Source of the DNA: Octopus vulgaris
Lineage: Eukaryota
DNA: 64,000 nucleotides
Assembly (NCBI GenBank): GCA_951406725.2
Contig: OX597814.1
Location: forward strand, 174,716,001 to 174,780,000
Direction: 5' to 3'
Shown here: positions 11,794-24,834 of the stretch, piece after piece
Position numbering within the stretch: the first letter of the stretch is position 1
Layout of the letters: the number at the start of each line of letters is the position of its first letter
The notes under the pieces: model-generated
Database searches by the model: none
What the model saw: only the letters and a program-made list of their open reading frames with translations
Told to the model about the DNA's origin: nothing
Made by a program: the position numbers and the translations under genes

Positions 11794-12297
11794 CATTTAT
11801 CTGATTTGGCATGGTTTCTATGACTGGATGCCCTTCCTAATGCCAACTACTACTTTACAGGGTGTGCTGGGTGCTTCCCCCATTCCACTGGCACAGATGC
11901 TTTTACTTGGCACCTAAAATGGGTGCATTTTAATGGGAGAGAGAGTGGGGGCATGGCCATAAAGGACCTGTCTGTATGTATGGATGGCTGTGATTTTACT
12001 TAGCCTGACGTGTCTTCTCAATTACAGCAAATTGCCAGCAGTCTCAATCCCTTGTCATCTGGTAAATTGAGTTGCAATAATTGGTCTGCATCTCTGTTGT
12101 TTGCTGTAATGCAAAGATGTTGTGTGGCCAAGCTTTTTGTATTAAGGCTTTGAAGAGTAAGCGCATTGTCATTCCATTGAGATGTTCTGTGAGGAAATGG
12201 CTGATGATGTTTTGCATAACTCGATGAAAGTACCTTTGTGAGCTGCTGGTAAAAGCTTGAATAAGAGACTTACACTACTTGCAATATGACAACCATC

Positions 12298-12852
12298 CTC
12301 ATCATCATTTTAACGTCTACTTTCCATGCTAGCATGGGTTGGATGATTTGACTGAGGTCTGGCAAAACACATGGCTGCATTAGACTCAAATCTGATCTGG
12401 CAGAGTTTCTACACCTGGATGCCCTTCCTAACTCCAACTACTCCAAGAGTGTAGTGGGTGTTTTTATGTGCCACCGGCACGAGGGCCAGTCAGGCGGTAC
12501 TGGCAATGACCATGCTCAAATGGTGCTTTTTATGTGCCACCTGCACAGGAGCTAGTCCATCAGCACGGAGGCCAGCTTGTTGCTCTGGCAACGATCTCAC
12601 TCATATGGTACTCTTAGCGCTCCACTAGCACAGATGCCAGTCATCAAATTTGATTTTGATTTCACTTGCCTCAACAGATATTCGCAAGCAGAGTTTAGTG
12701 TCCAATGAAGGAAAGGCACGCATAAGTGGATTGGTTACACCTCTGGCATAGGCCACAAGATTATGGTCTCACTTGCGCTTGCCAAATCTTCTCAAGCACA
12801 GCATATTTCCAGAGGTCCCGGTCACTAGTCATTGCCTCGGTGAGGCCCAATG
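12298..12852 (-). mobile_element. RTE LINE 3' end (last codons, UTR with ~3 tandem units, tail)
   Basis: Minus strand ends GLTEAMTSDRDLWKYAVLEK, followed by the UTR and (GAT)n tail shared with the other copies. Confidence 0.85.
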
Positions 12853-15169
12853 GAAAGTCTGTAGAGAATTGAAAGAGCAAATTGGTTCTTTCTCTTATAA
12901 TAATATATATCTAAAATACTCACTTGTTTGAGTTAATTAATTTCATGTATAACAACTTTTGTAGTGGTTGTAGTCAGGAAGGTTCAATCCAGAATGTGGG
13001 TGATTCAAATCCATGGTGTGAGATTGCCATCAGCCAACAATTTTCTTTTAAGAGAAGATAGCAAGTCTTAATGGCATATATTTTTGATAGAAATGTCAGC
13101 AGCCAATTTCACCATTGTCACATTAACAAATTAGGTGATGTAATTGTGCTGGTGCTTGTATTAACAAACAAGCATGTCATTGATTGATTCACAATTAAAT
13201 AAGCTGCAAATCAAATTTGTGGATTCAAGATCATTCTGTTGACATACCATCATTATAGTTTACCTTTTATCATAAGTGAGTCACTATACTTTAAAAATGT
13301 ATTTCTTTCAGCTGTCTTATAATTACAAATGAGTGAAACATTGTTACAATGCCTTTTTAACTTTCTAAATATATACCATGAAAGAGCTACTATGCAGTCA
13401 CTTGATTAGCTGGAAATAGCAGCCAAATTTACCTTGACTCATATCCTATTGTCTTAGAAAAGAAACCATTGGATAATGTGGTTTCAAGTACACTGTGCCT
13501 AAAGAAAAGGCAGATAGTCATGTCCAAAACACTGTTTGATCATGGATCTGCTCAGTCAGGACTGACCTGGGGCTAAACAATATCCTAAATATAGAAATAA
13601 TATACAACATAATAAAAGAAAAATAAAGATTTATATTTAAGAAATAAACAACACTGGGTGAAATGGAAAATATATTTCACTGGCAGAAATGAAAAAAAAA
13701 AAAGATATATTAATAAAAATAGCTAGTTTGTGGTTATTTTATGTATTCTAATTTTCTCCTGAACTGGTTAATTGAATAATTTATAAACTATCATATATAT
13801 TGTGAGTTCAAATCTACAGATTTTGCTTTTTGTATTGGATACTTAGCTATAGCTGCTTCAGTTCATTTAGTTCTCAAGAATAGGTTTCAGGTCTCCTGAG
13901 AACATGCTTAGACATCATATGCACCAAGAGAAATCGCTCTAGTGCGTCATTTAAGAATTTCAACAGATATTTCATCAATAGAATTGCCCAAAGTTATCTC
14001 CTAAGTAATTTTTGTAAATCCTCTAGTGTACCTGAAAGGATAGTAAAGCTAATATTTATTCTGGGTCTCAAAAGTTTTTTGTTTTTTTTCTAGCTAGGGA
14101 TAACTTAAATTGTATAGATTTCTTGTAAGACTTATAAACTTGGCATTTGAATATAAACCTTTAAACTAACTTATTACTTATTAATGTTATGGATGTATGC
14201 ACTGTCATTTAATTGATTTCGTAAATTATGTCTTATGATTTATTGATGTATTATCTCTGTGTATCTTCTGATAGTATTGTATTAAATATAATTGTTCAGA
14301 GTGATTCTGTATATGCAAAAGATAATGTCAGATTCTTTTTTTATTTCTTTCTTCACTCAATGATTGTGCAATTTCTGTTTTGCTGTTTGGATATGCACAT
14401 TAGTAACTAAAACACTTTTATTATGTTTCAACATACACCAACCAATCCAAAACCAACATGGGAAATAAAATGTTGATAATAAGGATAATCTTTTCAATGT
14501 AGAAAATTATGGACCTGTTGTCATGGAAGCATAGTTCCTCACTACTGTAACAAAAATGTTGCTTATAAAGGCCTATTGAACTGGCCACTGAAAATAGCAC
14601 AAAATTTGTTATTATAAATCAATATTTACTATTCTTGAATATTCTAGACCATCAATAACCTTTTATACATTAATGGATTAACTTTGACATTGGGATTTTG
14701 AATCTGTAGCACAGTATCCACCCACCGACTATAACAATCCAGTGCTAAATGCTGGGTTGCCACTGGTGCAGAAATTCACCAATTATAAAAGTGCATATGT
14801 ATGTGTAAACTGATCAATGAATAGTGAACAACTAACTGTGATGAAGAATATATATTTTGGAAATAGAATTAACATCCCAAAGATACCTACAAAAAGTACT
14901 TACTAGTGTTTTCTAAAATCAACGTGAACAAGGTGGAAGATGAATATGAGCAACTTCAGAGAACTATTCAGGCTCTTTAAAAATGGATTTAGAAGCAGAG
15001 ATAGAGAGACAGTTTTAGATTCATAAAAATAACAATCAAGACCTATCCTTCATATCCCTATTATTAGAGCTGTTTTAATGAGAACATAGTTTGTTGTCCC
15101 AGGTTAGCTCTGATTGAGCAGATCTATGACACTCCAGCCATGACCATCCCATCTTTTTATATACCTATC

Positions 15170-15540
15170 TTTTTCTTGTTTCAGTCATTAGATTGCAGCC
15201 ATGTTTTTTAGTTAAACAACTTGACCCCAATTCTTTTTTTTTAAGCCTGGTACTTATTTTATCAGTTCCCTTTTGCCGAACAGCTAAGTTATGGGGATGT
15301 AAGCAAACCAACACTGGTTGTCAGAATAGTGATGATGGGCAAACACACACACACACACACACAAACATACACATATGATGAACTTCTTTCAGCTTCCATC
15401 TACCAAATCCATTCACAAGGCTTTGGTCAGCCCAAAGCTATAGTAGAAGACACTTGCTCAAGGTGTCATGCTTTGGGACTAAACCTGGAACCATGTGGTT
15501 GGTAAGCAAACCTCTTACCTGCACAACCATGCATGTCCCT
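15170..15540 (-). mobile_element. SINE family A, older copy
   Basis: Colinear with 4520-4952 but more diverged. Confidence 0.8.
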
Positions 15541-15896
15541 AAATGCCTATGATGACATTTTTACTTTTTCTTTTAGCTTTTTTCTTATTAGTTCACTGCT
15601 GAGTGGTTGGTGTTAGGAAGGGTATCCAGCTATAAAAATCTTGCCAAACAGTCACAGAAGTCTGGTGCAGGCTTCTACCTTACTGTCTCACACATGGCAG
15701 CATGGAAGGCGGATATTAAATGATGATGATGATGATGATTTAAGACAGTAGGGTGTAATTAGATTTGGCTGCTATTTCTAGCAGGTCAAACAACCATGTA
15801 GAAGTTTCCTAATCAGATTCTTGGATTCTTGGCTTTACTAGACAGCAGTTTTAGAACTGTCAAATGATTACATAGAATGATGAATGGGATCTGTTA

Positions 15897-16955
15897 AGCT
15901 TACCAACCACATGGTTCCGGGTTCAGTCCCACTGCTTGACACTTTGGGCAAGTGTCTTCTACTATAGCCTCAGGCTGACCAAAGCCTTGTGAGTGGATTT
16001 TGTTGACAGAAGCTGAAAGAAACCCATCGTCATTATCATCATCATCATCATTTAACATCCGCTTTCCATGCTAGCATGGGTTGGACTATTTGACTGAGGA
16101 CTGGCAAATCAGATGGCTGCACCAGGCTCCAATCTGATCTGGTAGAGTTTCTACAGCTGGATGCCCTTCCTAACGCCAACCACTCTGAGAGTGTAGTGGG
16201 TACTTTCACGTGCCACCGGCATGAGGGCCAGTCTGGCAGTACTGGCAACAGCCACACTCAAATGGTGTTTTTTACATGCCATCGGCACAGGCAACTACCT
16301 CGCTCGAATGTTTTTTCACGTGCCACCGACGCAAGTGCCAGTAAGGCGATGCTGGTAATGATCACACTCAAATGGTGCTTTTTATGTGCCACTGGCATGG
16401 ACGCCAGTTAGCTGTTCTGGCAACGATCACGCTCGGATGGTGCTCTTTTTATTTTACTTGCCTCAACAGGTCTTCGCAAGCAGAGTTTAGTGTCCAATGA
16501 AGGAAAGGTACACATAAGTGGGCTGGTTACACCCCTGGCATAGGCCATTGGTTATAGTCTTACTTGGCTTGCTGGGTCTTCTCAAGCACAGCATATTTCC
16601 AAAGGTCTCAATCACTAGTCATTGCCTTGGTGAAGCCTAATGTTCGAGGGTCGTGCTTCACCACCTCGTCCCAGGTCTTCCTGGGTCTACCTCTTCCACA
16701 GGTTCCCTCAACTGCTAGAGTGTGGCACTTTTTCACACAGCTAATATATATATATATACATATGTATGCTTCTGTGTGTGTCTTTGTGTTTGTCCCCCAC
16801 CATCGCTTGACAGCTTTGATGATGTCCCTGTGTAACTTGGTGGTTTGACAAAAAAGAGACCAATAGGATAATTTGATTTGTTGATTTGTTTGACTAAGCC
16901 CTTTCAAGGCTGTGCCCCAGTATGTCTGCAGTCCCATGACTGAAACAAGTAAAAG
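15897..16955 (+). mobile_element. SINE family A interrupted by an RTE insertion
   Basis: The 5' half (15897-~16030) and 3' half (~16750-16955) flank the RTE fragment at the position of the SINE's internal microsatellite. Confidence 0.75.
16027..16743 (-). mobile_element. RTE LINE 3' end
   Basis: ORF track 16608-17033 ends SCVKKCHTLAVEGTCGRGRPRKTWDEVVKHDPRTLGFTKAMTSD (RTE GRPRKTW motif), followed by the tandem-unit UTR and tail. Confidence 0.9.
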
Positions 16956-17689
16956 ATACAAGATATAAATGCCCATTCTGCAATAACCAGCACATATTTT
17001 CCTTTGTTGTATACAACAATGTTGTTTAAACATTAAGAAACCTGAAAGATCGCTCTAGTTTTCAAGTTTGTTGTTTTCTTCCCATTGGAGCGTGGTATTC
17101 AAATCACCAAGAATTTTAATCGTAGTCTCACTGAATCAGTTAATAGCTACATATACCATGTAGCTAGGACTAAAACTGCTGAAGAGAAGGATGGTATGTA
17201 TGTGTGTTGATATTATATATAGATGTTTTGTGTGTGTGTTTGTGTATTTATATACATCTGTCTATGCTTATGTTGATGTATAAATACATGTGTGTGAATG
17301 TGTGGGTATATGTGTATGTATATGTCCATATGTTATATGCATGCATACATGTGTATGTATGCATATGTATGTTGATTGTGTGTGTGCGTGCATGCTTATA
17401 GGTACATATAACATGCTTTGCACTGCATTGATAACACCTATTTAAATCTAATGAAGTTTTCCACCCCTCCATCACCACAACTTAATACATACCTATTATA
17501 TAGCATATTATATATTATGTATATAACACGCTCTGTTAACTATTTATAGTTATTCATTGGTGACTGGAGAATAATAGAAGATCAATTAATAGTAGAAAAT
17601 ATCTTGCCACGTGTAAGGACTTCCCAATCATCGTTGAGCAATTGAGCAGACTTTCTTCCTTTCAAGTGCGGAAAGTAAACACCCATCTA

Positions 17690-19340
17690 TTGAATCATCA
17701 CTAGAACACTTCCCCTTCTCCTCTTTAGGACTGTCACCATCAGCACTGGCATGGGGGAAAGATGGGTTATGAGAGATTGTGGCAGTTGTGTGCTGTATGC
17801 AAGATGGAGGATGGGAACCTCAGTCAAAATCCTCATAGGCAAGGAGCACAAGTACAAATTCTTCTGGGTGGATAACAACAACGAAGTTGTTGGAATAAGC
17901 ATATTGTTTGTAGAGAAATAAAGTAATTGATGTAGCCAGAGAATAATTAAGAATAGAATAATTAAGCTTAGAGAGTTATGAACAACATAACAGCAACATT
18001 TATCTCTACATAACACAACTAAAGCAAGCATTTGAAAAGAAGGATTGCTTTTATGAAGCCGTCCTATAGACTACCTTGATAATGAATGGTAGCAACCTCA
18101 ATATCCTGGCTGATAATTTTAATGGACATGTTGGGCAACATCATGATGGCTTCTCTGTGGTGCTATATGGGTACTATAAATATTATATGAAGAATGCAGT
18201 AGAATCAAGGCTCCCGGAAGTTGGTGATGTAAGTAACCTAAACATTTGCATTGCTAACAAGCCAATCTACCAATCAGATGAACACACAGACTCACCAAGA
18301 AATGAGATTTATAGATAGTTGCGAATGCTAAGTTTTTAAGTGAAGAATGTAACACAAAACATAGGCCTGCAGTTAGTGACTTTAGGGTAAGAGCTACATG
18401 AACCCAGAGATACAAGGTAACCTGGAGAAGAAAGATATGGAAGCTGAAAGAACATTCAAAAAGTAAACCATCCGACCCATGTTAGCATGGAAAACAGACA
18501 TTAAACGATGATGATGATGTAGATTTGTTGATTATCTTTGAACATGTAGATTTTTCCAGACATGGAAGCAAAACCTAGAATCAGGATGCCTTAAAGTAAA
18601 GTTAGAAAAGACTAAAGATTTTTGAAATAGGAAAGAAGATAGGGTTCTGCTTAAGAAATGGCTGTACTCAATATGCATGAAAAGAGTAGGTAAAAATTCT
18701 ATATTGTTTACTAAGTGCAAACTGTGGATGCACAAATGTACATGGGGTTGTGGTATCACAGACAAGTTGACAGATAAGGTAGATTTCATATGTAGTTTGC
18801 AGTAAGAGCACATGTTACATCAATTCTGCCAAGTGTTTCAAAGGTATCCAAGAAACATAGTAGTCAGAGTAAGAACAAAATAGAAAAAGTTCAAGGAGCT
18901 CTCACATCTGCTGGTATCAAAGGTTTTCTCCCAGAATAAAACGTAGACTGTATGATGCTTGTGTTCCAAAGTGTGGTCCTGCATAGTGGCATGGTGTAGG
19001 CATTGAGTACAGTTAATATACAAAAGCTAGAAAGAAATAGTGACCATGCTATCATTAACATGCATGAATAACAGTATGAATGAACTATGGAAAGCTGGTT
19101 GTAAGAGGAATTAGATGTATGCGAGCAAGAATACTGAGTTAGTACAGGCTTGTGTTGAGTATGGAAGGGTGTCATCTGAATAAAGAAGTGCTAAGCACTC
19201 AAAATAGATGGAACCTGTGAAAGAGGGTAACCTAGGAAGACATGAGAAAAAATGAAGATTGATCTTAAAAAGCTGTGCCTTACGAAGATGACAACAAAAA
19301 GCTATAAGGAATGGTGACACACTGCGAGAGAGAAAAAGCA
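17690..19340 (+). mobile_element. Old, internally deleted RTE-clade LINE (APE endonuclease to 3' end)
   Basis: + strand remnants ILIGKEHKYKFFWVD..VGISILFVEK and ILADNFNGHVGQHHDGF (the GDFNGHVG motif of RTE APE; ORF 18076-18318); decayed GRPRKT-like end near 19225. Confidence 0.7.
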
Positions 19341-19803
19341 TAGCCAGGTTCTATAGTTAGGGGGGAGTAAGCTTATAAAAATAACAGGTGCCATGACATA
19401 TACCAAACAATTTTTAATTCATTTCTTTTATATTACATAAAATATTTCCTTAGTTATGATATAGATAACTAAAGAGTTAAAGATAATTATTGAAAAGGTG
19501 CCAATTTTGAAAAATGTGCTTGGGGGTTACTTTCCTTTTAGCTATGCCACTGCTAGAGACTTGCCCACTCATGCAAACAGCAAAATGGACATTAAAACAG
19601 TCGCAATCATTATGGTTGGGATATATAATATATCTACATTTTGTCTCTTACCTATTATATTCCTGTAGAACCATTGCCAGATCAGATTGGAGCCTGGTGC
19701 AGCCCACTGGCTTGCTAGACCTCAGTCAAACCGTCCAACTCATGTCGGCATGGCAGGCAGACTTAAATAATGATGATGATTTGATTTATCTTGATAATTT
19801 TTA

Positions 19804-19876
<73 letters not shown>

Positions 19877-19880
<4 letters not shown>

Positions 19881-20260
19881 TGGCTGTGTGGTAAGTAGCT
19901 TGCTTACCAACCACATGGTTCTGAGTTCATTCCCACTGCGTGGAACCTTGGGCAAGTGTCTTCTACTATAGCCTCGGACCAACCAAAGCCTTGTGAGTGG
20001 ATTTGGTAGACGGAAACTGAAAGAAGCCCGTTGTATGTATGTGTGTGTCTGTGTGTGTGTGTGTGTCTGTGTCTGTCCCCCCGCAACATCACTTGCCAAC
20101 CGATGCTGGTGAGTTTATGTCCCCGTAGCCTAGCAGTTCGGCAAAAGAGACTGATAGAATAAGACTAGGCTTCCAAAGAATAAATCCTGCGGTTGATTTG
20201 CTCGACTAAAGGTGGTGCTCTAGCATGGCCACAGTCAAATGATTGAAACAAGTAAAAGAG
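19877..20260 (+). mobile_element. SINE family A, near full length
   Basis: GAGTGGCTGTGTGGTAAG ... GAAACAAGTAAAAGAG; lies directly after a long (TA)n run. Confidence 0.88.
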
Positions 20261-21169
20261 TATATATATTCATCATAGTTTTTATGTATTTATTAACCCA
20301 TTTTTAATCATATATATATTTTAAGACAATTTAAACAGATTACTGAAATGTACCCTGAATTGTAATTTGTTCACATTATTATTGATAGGTCTGCTGTGAA
20401 ATAGTTTCTACTTATGTCCTGATATTACACTAGAGTCCTATTTGGTATAACAGTCTTCTGAACACAATGAAACTGACTCTTATTTATTGATTTCTCTTTC
20501 TCTTTTTATATTTTTCCCTCTTTATTCTATTTTTTTTTTCTTTTCACTCTGAATATTGCTTTTGCATTGAGGTTGTTTAAATGTGATTGATTGGAAAATG
20601 CTACATTGTGTCAATGCATTCCTCCTGAGAACTGTCATCAATAGAAACTAGTCAATTAGTTTCATGTTAGACTTTCATTTCAACTGCAGCTGATGATGTT
20701 TATTCCAAGTTACCGACATGGCTGGCGTTGTCAATGTTCTTGTTTTCTGCTGTGCTGAATTAATAACACTCAGAATCGTTAAATTAAATGAGATGAATAA
20801 AAATTTCCAGAAAAATTTACGAAAAGAAAAAAGAATTAAATAAGTTTTATGTAAAAAGTAAATAAACATGTTTCAGGTTAAAGATATGCAAAATAATGCA
20901 CTATATCAGATAATAGCGTAGCTCCTAGACTTTTCTTTAAATAACTGCTTTTTTGTGCTCCAATAAAGAATAAAGTTCCTTTCCAAGTCATGTAAATTCA
21001 TAGAGCCAGCTTCTTGGAGTCTGTGGTTTATATCCTCCACACTGGACTGGATGGTGGTTTGTCACAAGAATAGTCATTTTCATAAGCTAAGTGGACTGGA
21101 GCAACATGAAATGTTTTAATGAAGATCACATCACCTTGTCCAGTCAAGGTGATGTGATCTTCATATATG

Positions 21170-21340
21170 CATATATACGACGGGCTTCTTTCAGTTTCCG
21201 TCTACCAAATCCACTCTCAAGGCTTTGGTCGGCCTGTGGCTATAGTAGAAGACACTTGCCCAAGGTGCCGTGCAGTGGGACTGAACCCGGAACCATGTGG
21301 TTCGTAAGCAGGCTATTTACCACACAGCCACTCCTAAGCC
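21170..21340 (-). mobile_element. SINE family A, 5' half
   Basis: High-identity head plus CORE block on the minus strand. Confidence 0.82.
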
Positions 21341-23244
21341 TAAATTACTCCTAAATTTTTTTTTTATCATTTTGTGCACATTTCTTTTATTGGTTTCAGT
21401 CATTGCACCGTGGTCATGCTGGTGCATCTTTAATTATATTGGATGCAATATTAAGTCAGGTACTCATTTTGTCAATCTATTTATTGAGTAACTTCAGTTT
21501 ATCTTACATTAGATTTTTTAGGGAATAAATACCACAAGAACAGATGTGGATACAATCATGCATACATATGCATAGACTCACACACACTTGATAGCCTTCT
21601 ACCAAATATCCACCAACTTTATTGACAAGGTATTGGTAAAGTCAAATGCTATAGTAGAAGATACTTATCCAAGATGCTGCTTGGTGTGCTTGAACCCAAA
21701 ACCATATGGTTGCAAAGTGAACATTATAAATATTATTGGTTGGGTTTTGCAGTATTCCTAAATTGTATTTGCAGCACAGCATTGTGACATGTTGCTCATT
21801 TACTAGACAGAAATAAATAACATTAAAAAACTGCTGGCTGTCACATGTATGGAAAAAAAACATTTAAGAACCTGTACACATCACAAAATATATGTGTAGA
21901 ATGGCTTTCTCGTAATATATACATACATATTTTTTAAATATGTACAGAGAGCATCATACATTAGTTTCATAAACATGGATGTCCTGTGATTGAAACACAG
22001 AGCTTTTGGTAGCTTTGTATGTGAGTCAAACTAAATAGTTTCATCAGAGATTCCCTGCCTCTATTTTCCAAGCTGCCAAATGTGTCAAGTAGCATAAACT
22101 ACATCTAGAAATGTAAGCAAATTTATGAGAAGCATATTGAAATTTACATAATAGTATAAGGTTGGTGACCAGGCATCTAATAGTTAGTCTTAGGCATTTA
22201 ATAACTGGAATACCAATATACATAATTATGTATATGGAGTCACATTCATGTTTTCAGTTGTTCTGTTAATCAATGAATTTTCCATCTTTCAAAAAATGTC
22301 CGTTCAATTTTTTTTCCTGATAGGAATAACAATCCATCGTTAAAAGATATATTTATAAAGTGAAGTATACACAAGTGCATAAATACATGTGTTTATAAAT
22401 AGATTCACATTGTTGGTATATAGTTGAGATTTTAACAACTAATCCATGACAAATGGTGTGTAATTAATGAATAAGTGATGAAGGAAAAAAATCATGCTAA
22501 TGGTAGTGCCAGTCTTGTATTAGCCGCTGTGTCAAAAGGTCACCACTGACATAGTGCACTACTAATAATAGGACACTGGTTTATGTCCAGTTTATTGCCA
22601 GGGCACTGTATCACTTGCAGAAATACTTGTTGACTTGTTGTCCCTACTGTGATTAGGTACTTTATGTGTATGTATTGTAAGCAATGATATTGCTTTGTCT
22701 CAAGTTGATCCTGATCAAAGGTATTCCAGCTGATAGTGACCATCTACTATATCTAGGACTACATTATCTAAGGTGCCTTTTCTTTTTCTTTTTCGGTTTT
22801 TTTTTTTTTGGTTTTTTTTTTTGAGATGGAAAGAAATTAATATGCCATTTCTAGTAAGTTGAGCAACAATGTTGAGTTTTCCTCATAAATGATGAAGCTG
22901 TTGTATAGCCTTGGATCATCTCATAACAAGCAGTCTTATAACATTGCAGCATGCAATAACCAAATTTTTATTCCAGTTATGCCATATCTCCACCTCTCTG
23001 ATAACCATACAGTCCACTTCTCATATCTAGTGAGTAATCATATGGAGGTATGCTGTAAGTCTGGGTCTATTGTATTCTCTTTGCTGTCACTTTGCTTCCG
23101 TATGCCCATAGATTCTGATGACACCCACAGTAGGGAGTAGTCAAGATAGATTCAGTCAAGGATGTTCTACATTTATTATTTGGTGGCATGTATCCCTGCA
23201 AAATTTTTAGAATCAGTGAGGCTATTGATGTGTATGTCCCTTAT

Positions 23245-23474
23245 TTCTTTATTGCCCACAAGTTGCTAAATGTAGAGGGGACAAACAAGGACAGACAAAG
23301 GGATTAAGTCGATTACATCGACCCCATTGCATAACTGGTACTTAATTTATCGACCCCGAAAGGATGAAAGGCAAAGTTGACCTCGGTGGCATTTGAACTC
23401 AGTACCAAACGGCAGAAGAAATAGCACTAAGCATTTCGCCCGGTGTGCTAACATTTCTGCCAGCTTGCCGCCTT
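23245..23474 (-). mobile_element. tRNA-derived SINE with a Nin/Deu-like central block (family B)
   Basis: Minus strand: AAGGCGGCAAGCTGGCAGAA..GAGTTCAAAT..GTCAACTTTGCCTTTCATCCTTTCGGGGTCGATAAATTAAGTACC. 19-bp TSD TGATGTGTATGTCCCTTAT at 23226-23244 and 23478-23496. Confidence 0.9.
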
Positions 23475-24404
23475 GAATGATGTGTATGTCCCTTATGCCT
23501 GTCTACCCTGAGTAGTAAACAGAGTTTGTTGGATATATTGTTGTAATATTGCTCCAGGGTGTATTTGTATGTTGGTGCTTGGTGATTGGGTTGTTTTTTT
23601 TATCTTGTGGCTAAGACTGTCAAGGCTGAAGCTTACTATAGCAACAACTGGGCTGCCTGCATATGTTGAAGGTCTGGTATTTTTAATAATGTTTCGTTGT
23701 GTAGAGGGTCTGTAGATGTGGCTAATGTACAACCCTCTATGATGCATAGTGAGTTGTTCTGTATTCTTTATTTTGTATGGTTGGAAGTGGAGAGATTAGG
23801 AAGAGCTGGCATGATCTATGAAGAATATATATTGTTTAAATATCATTGATGTTTCTTTCTGCTGTCCAAATGTGAGTGCTCTATGTTTGTGCATTTGTTC
23901 ACTTTCTTTATTGTCTTCTGTGTTTTGTGAATATTTTAGAGGAATTGTCTGTAACTCCCAGTAATTTTGTCTTCTGTATGTGAGATATGTTTATAAATAC
24001 TACAAGAACAGATGTGCATACAATCATGCATGCATATATGCATAGACTCACACACACGTGATGGCCTTCTACCAAATATTCGTCAACTTAACTTTATTGA
24101 CAATGTATTGGTAAACTCAAATGCTATAGTAGAAGATACCTATCCAAGATGCTGCTTGGTGTGTTTGAACCCAAAACCATGTGGTTGCAAAGTGAACATT
24201 ATAAATATTATTGGTTGGGTTTTGCAGTATTCCTAAATTGTATTTGGAGCACAGCATTGTGACATGTTGCTCATTTACTAGACAGAAATAAATAACATTA
24301 AAAAATTACTGGCTGTCACATGTATGGAAAGAAAACATTTAAGAACCTATACACATCACAAAATATATGTGTAGAATGACTTTCTCATAATATATATATA
24401 CATA

Positions 24405-24576
24405 GGCGCAGGAGTGGCTGTGTGGTAAGTAGTTTCCTAACCAACCACATGGTTCCGGGTTCAGTCCCACTGCGTGGCATCTTGGGCAAGTGTCTTCTGT
24501 TATAGCCCCGGGCCGACCAATGCCTTGTGAGTGGATTTGGTTAGACGGACACTGAAAGAAGCCTGTCGTATATATG

Positions 24577-24627
<51 letters not shown>

Positions 24628-24834
24628 TTGTGTACCTGTGTTTGTCCCCCTAGCATTGCTTGACAACCGATGCTGGTGTGTTTATGTCCCTGTTACTTAG
24701 TGGTTCGGCAAAAGAGACCGATAGAATAAGTACTGGGCTTACAAAGAATAAGTCCCGGGGTCGATTTGCTCGACTAAAGGCGGTGCTCCAGCATGGCCGC
24801 AGTCAAATGACTGAAACAAGTAAAAAAAAACAAA
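24405..24834 (+). mobile_element. SINE family A, young full-length copy
   Basis: Present in the second duplicate only; the empty site is visible in the first copy at ~21915-21930. Confidence 0.93.

Noticed and set aside
14835-14875. Hammerhead-like TGATGAAGAATATATATTTTGGAAA
   Set aside because: It lacks the first C of the core and a clear stem I; too degenerate to call in AT-rich DNA.
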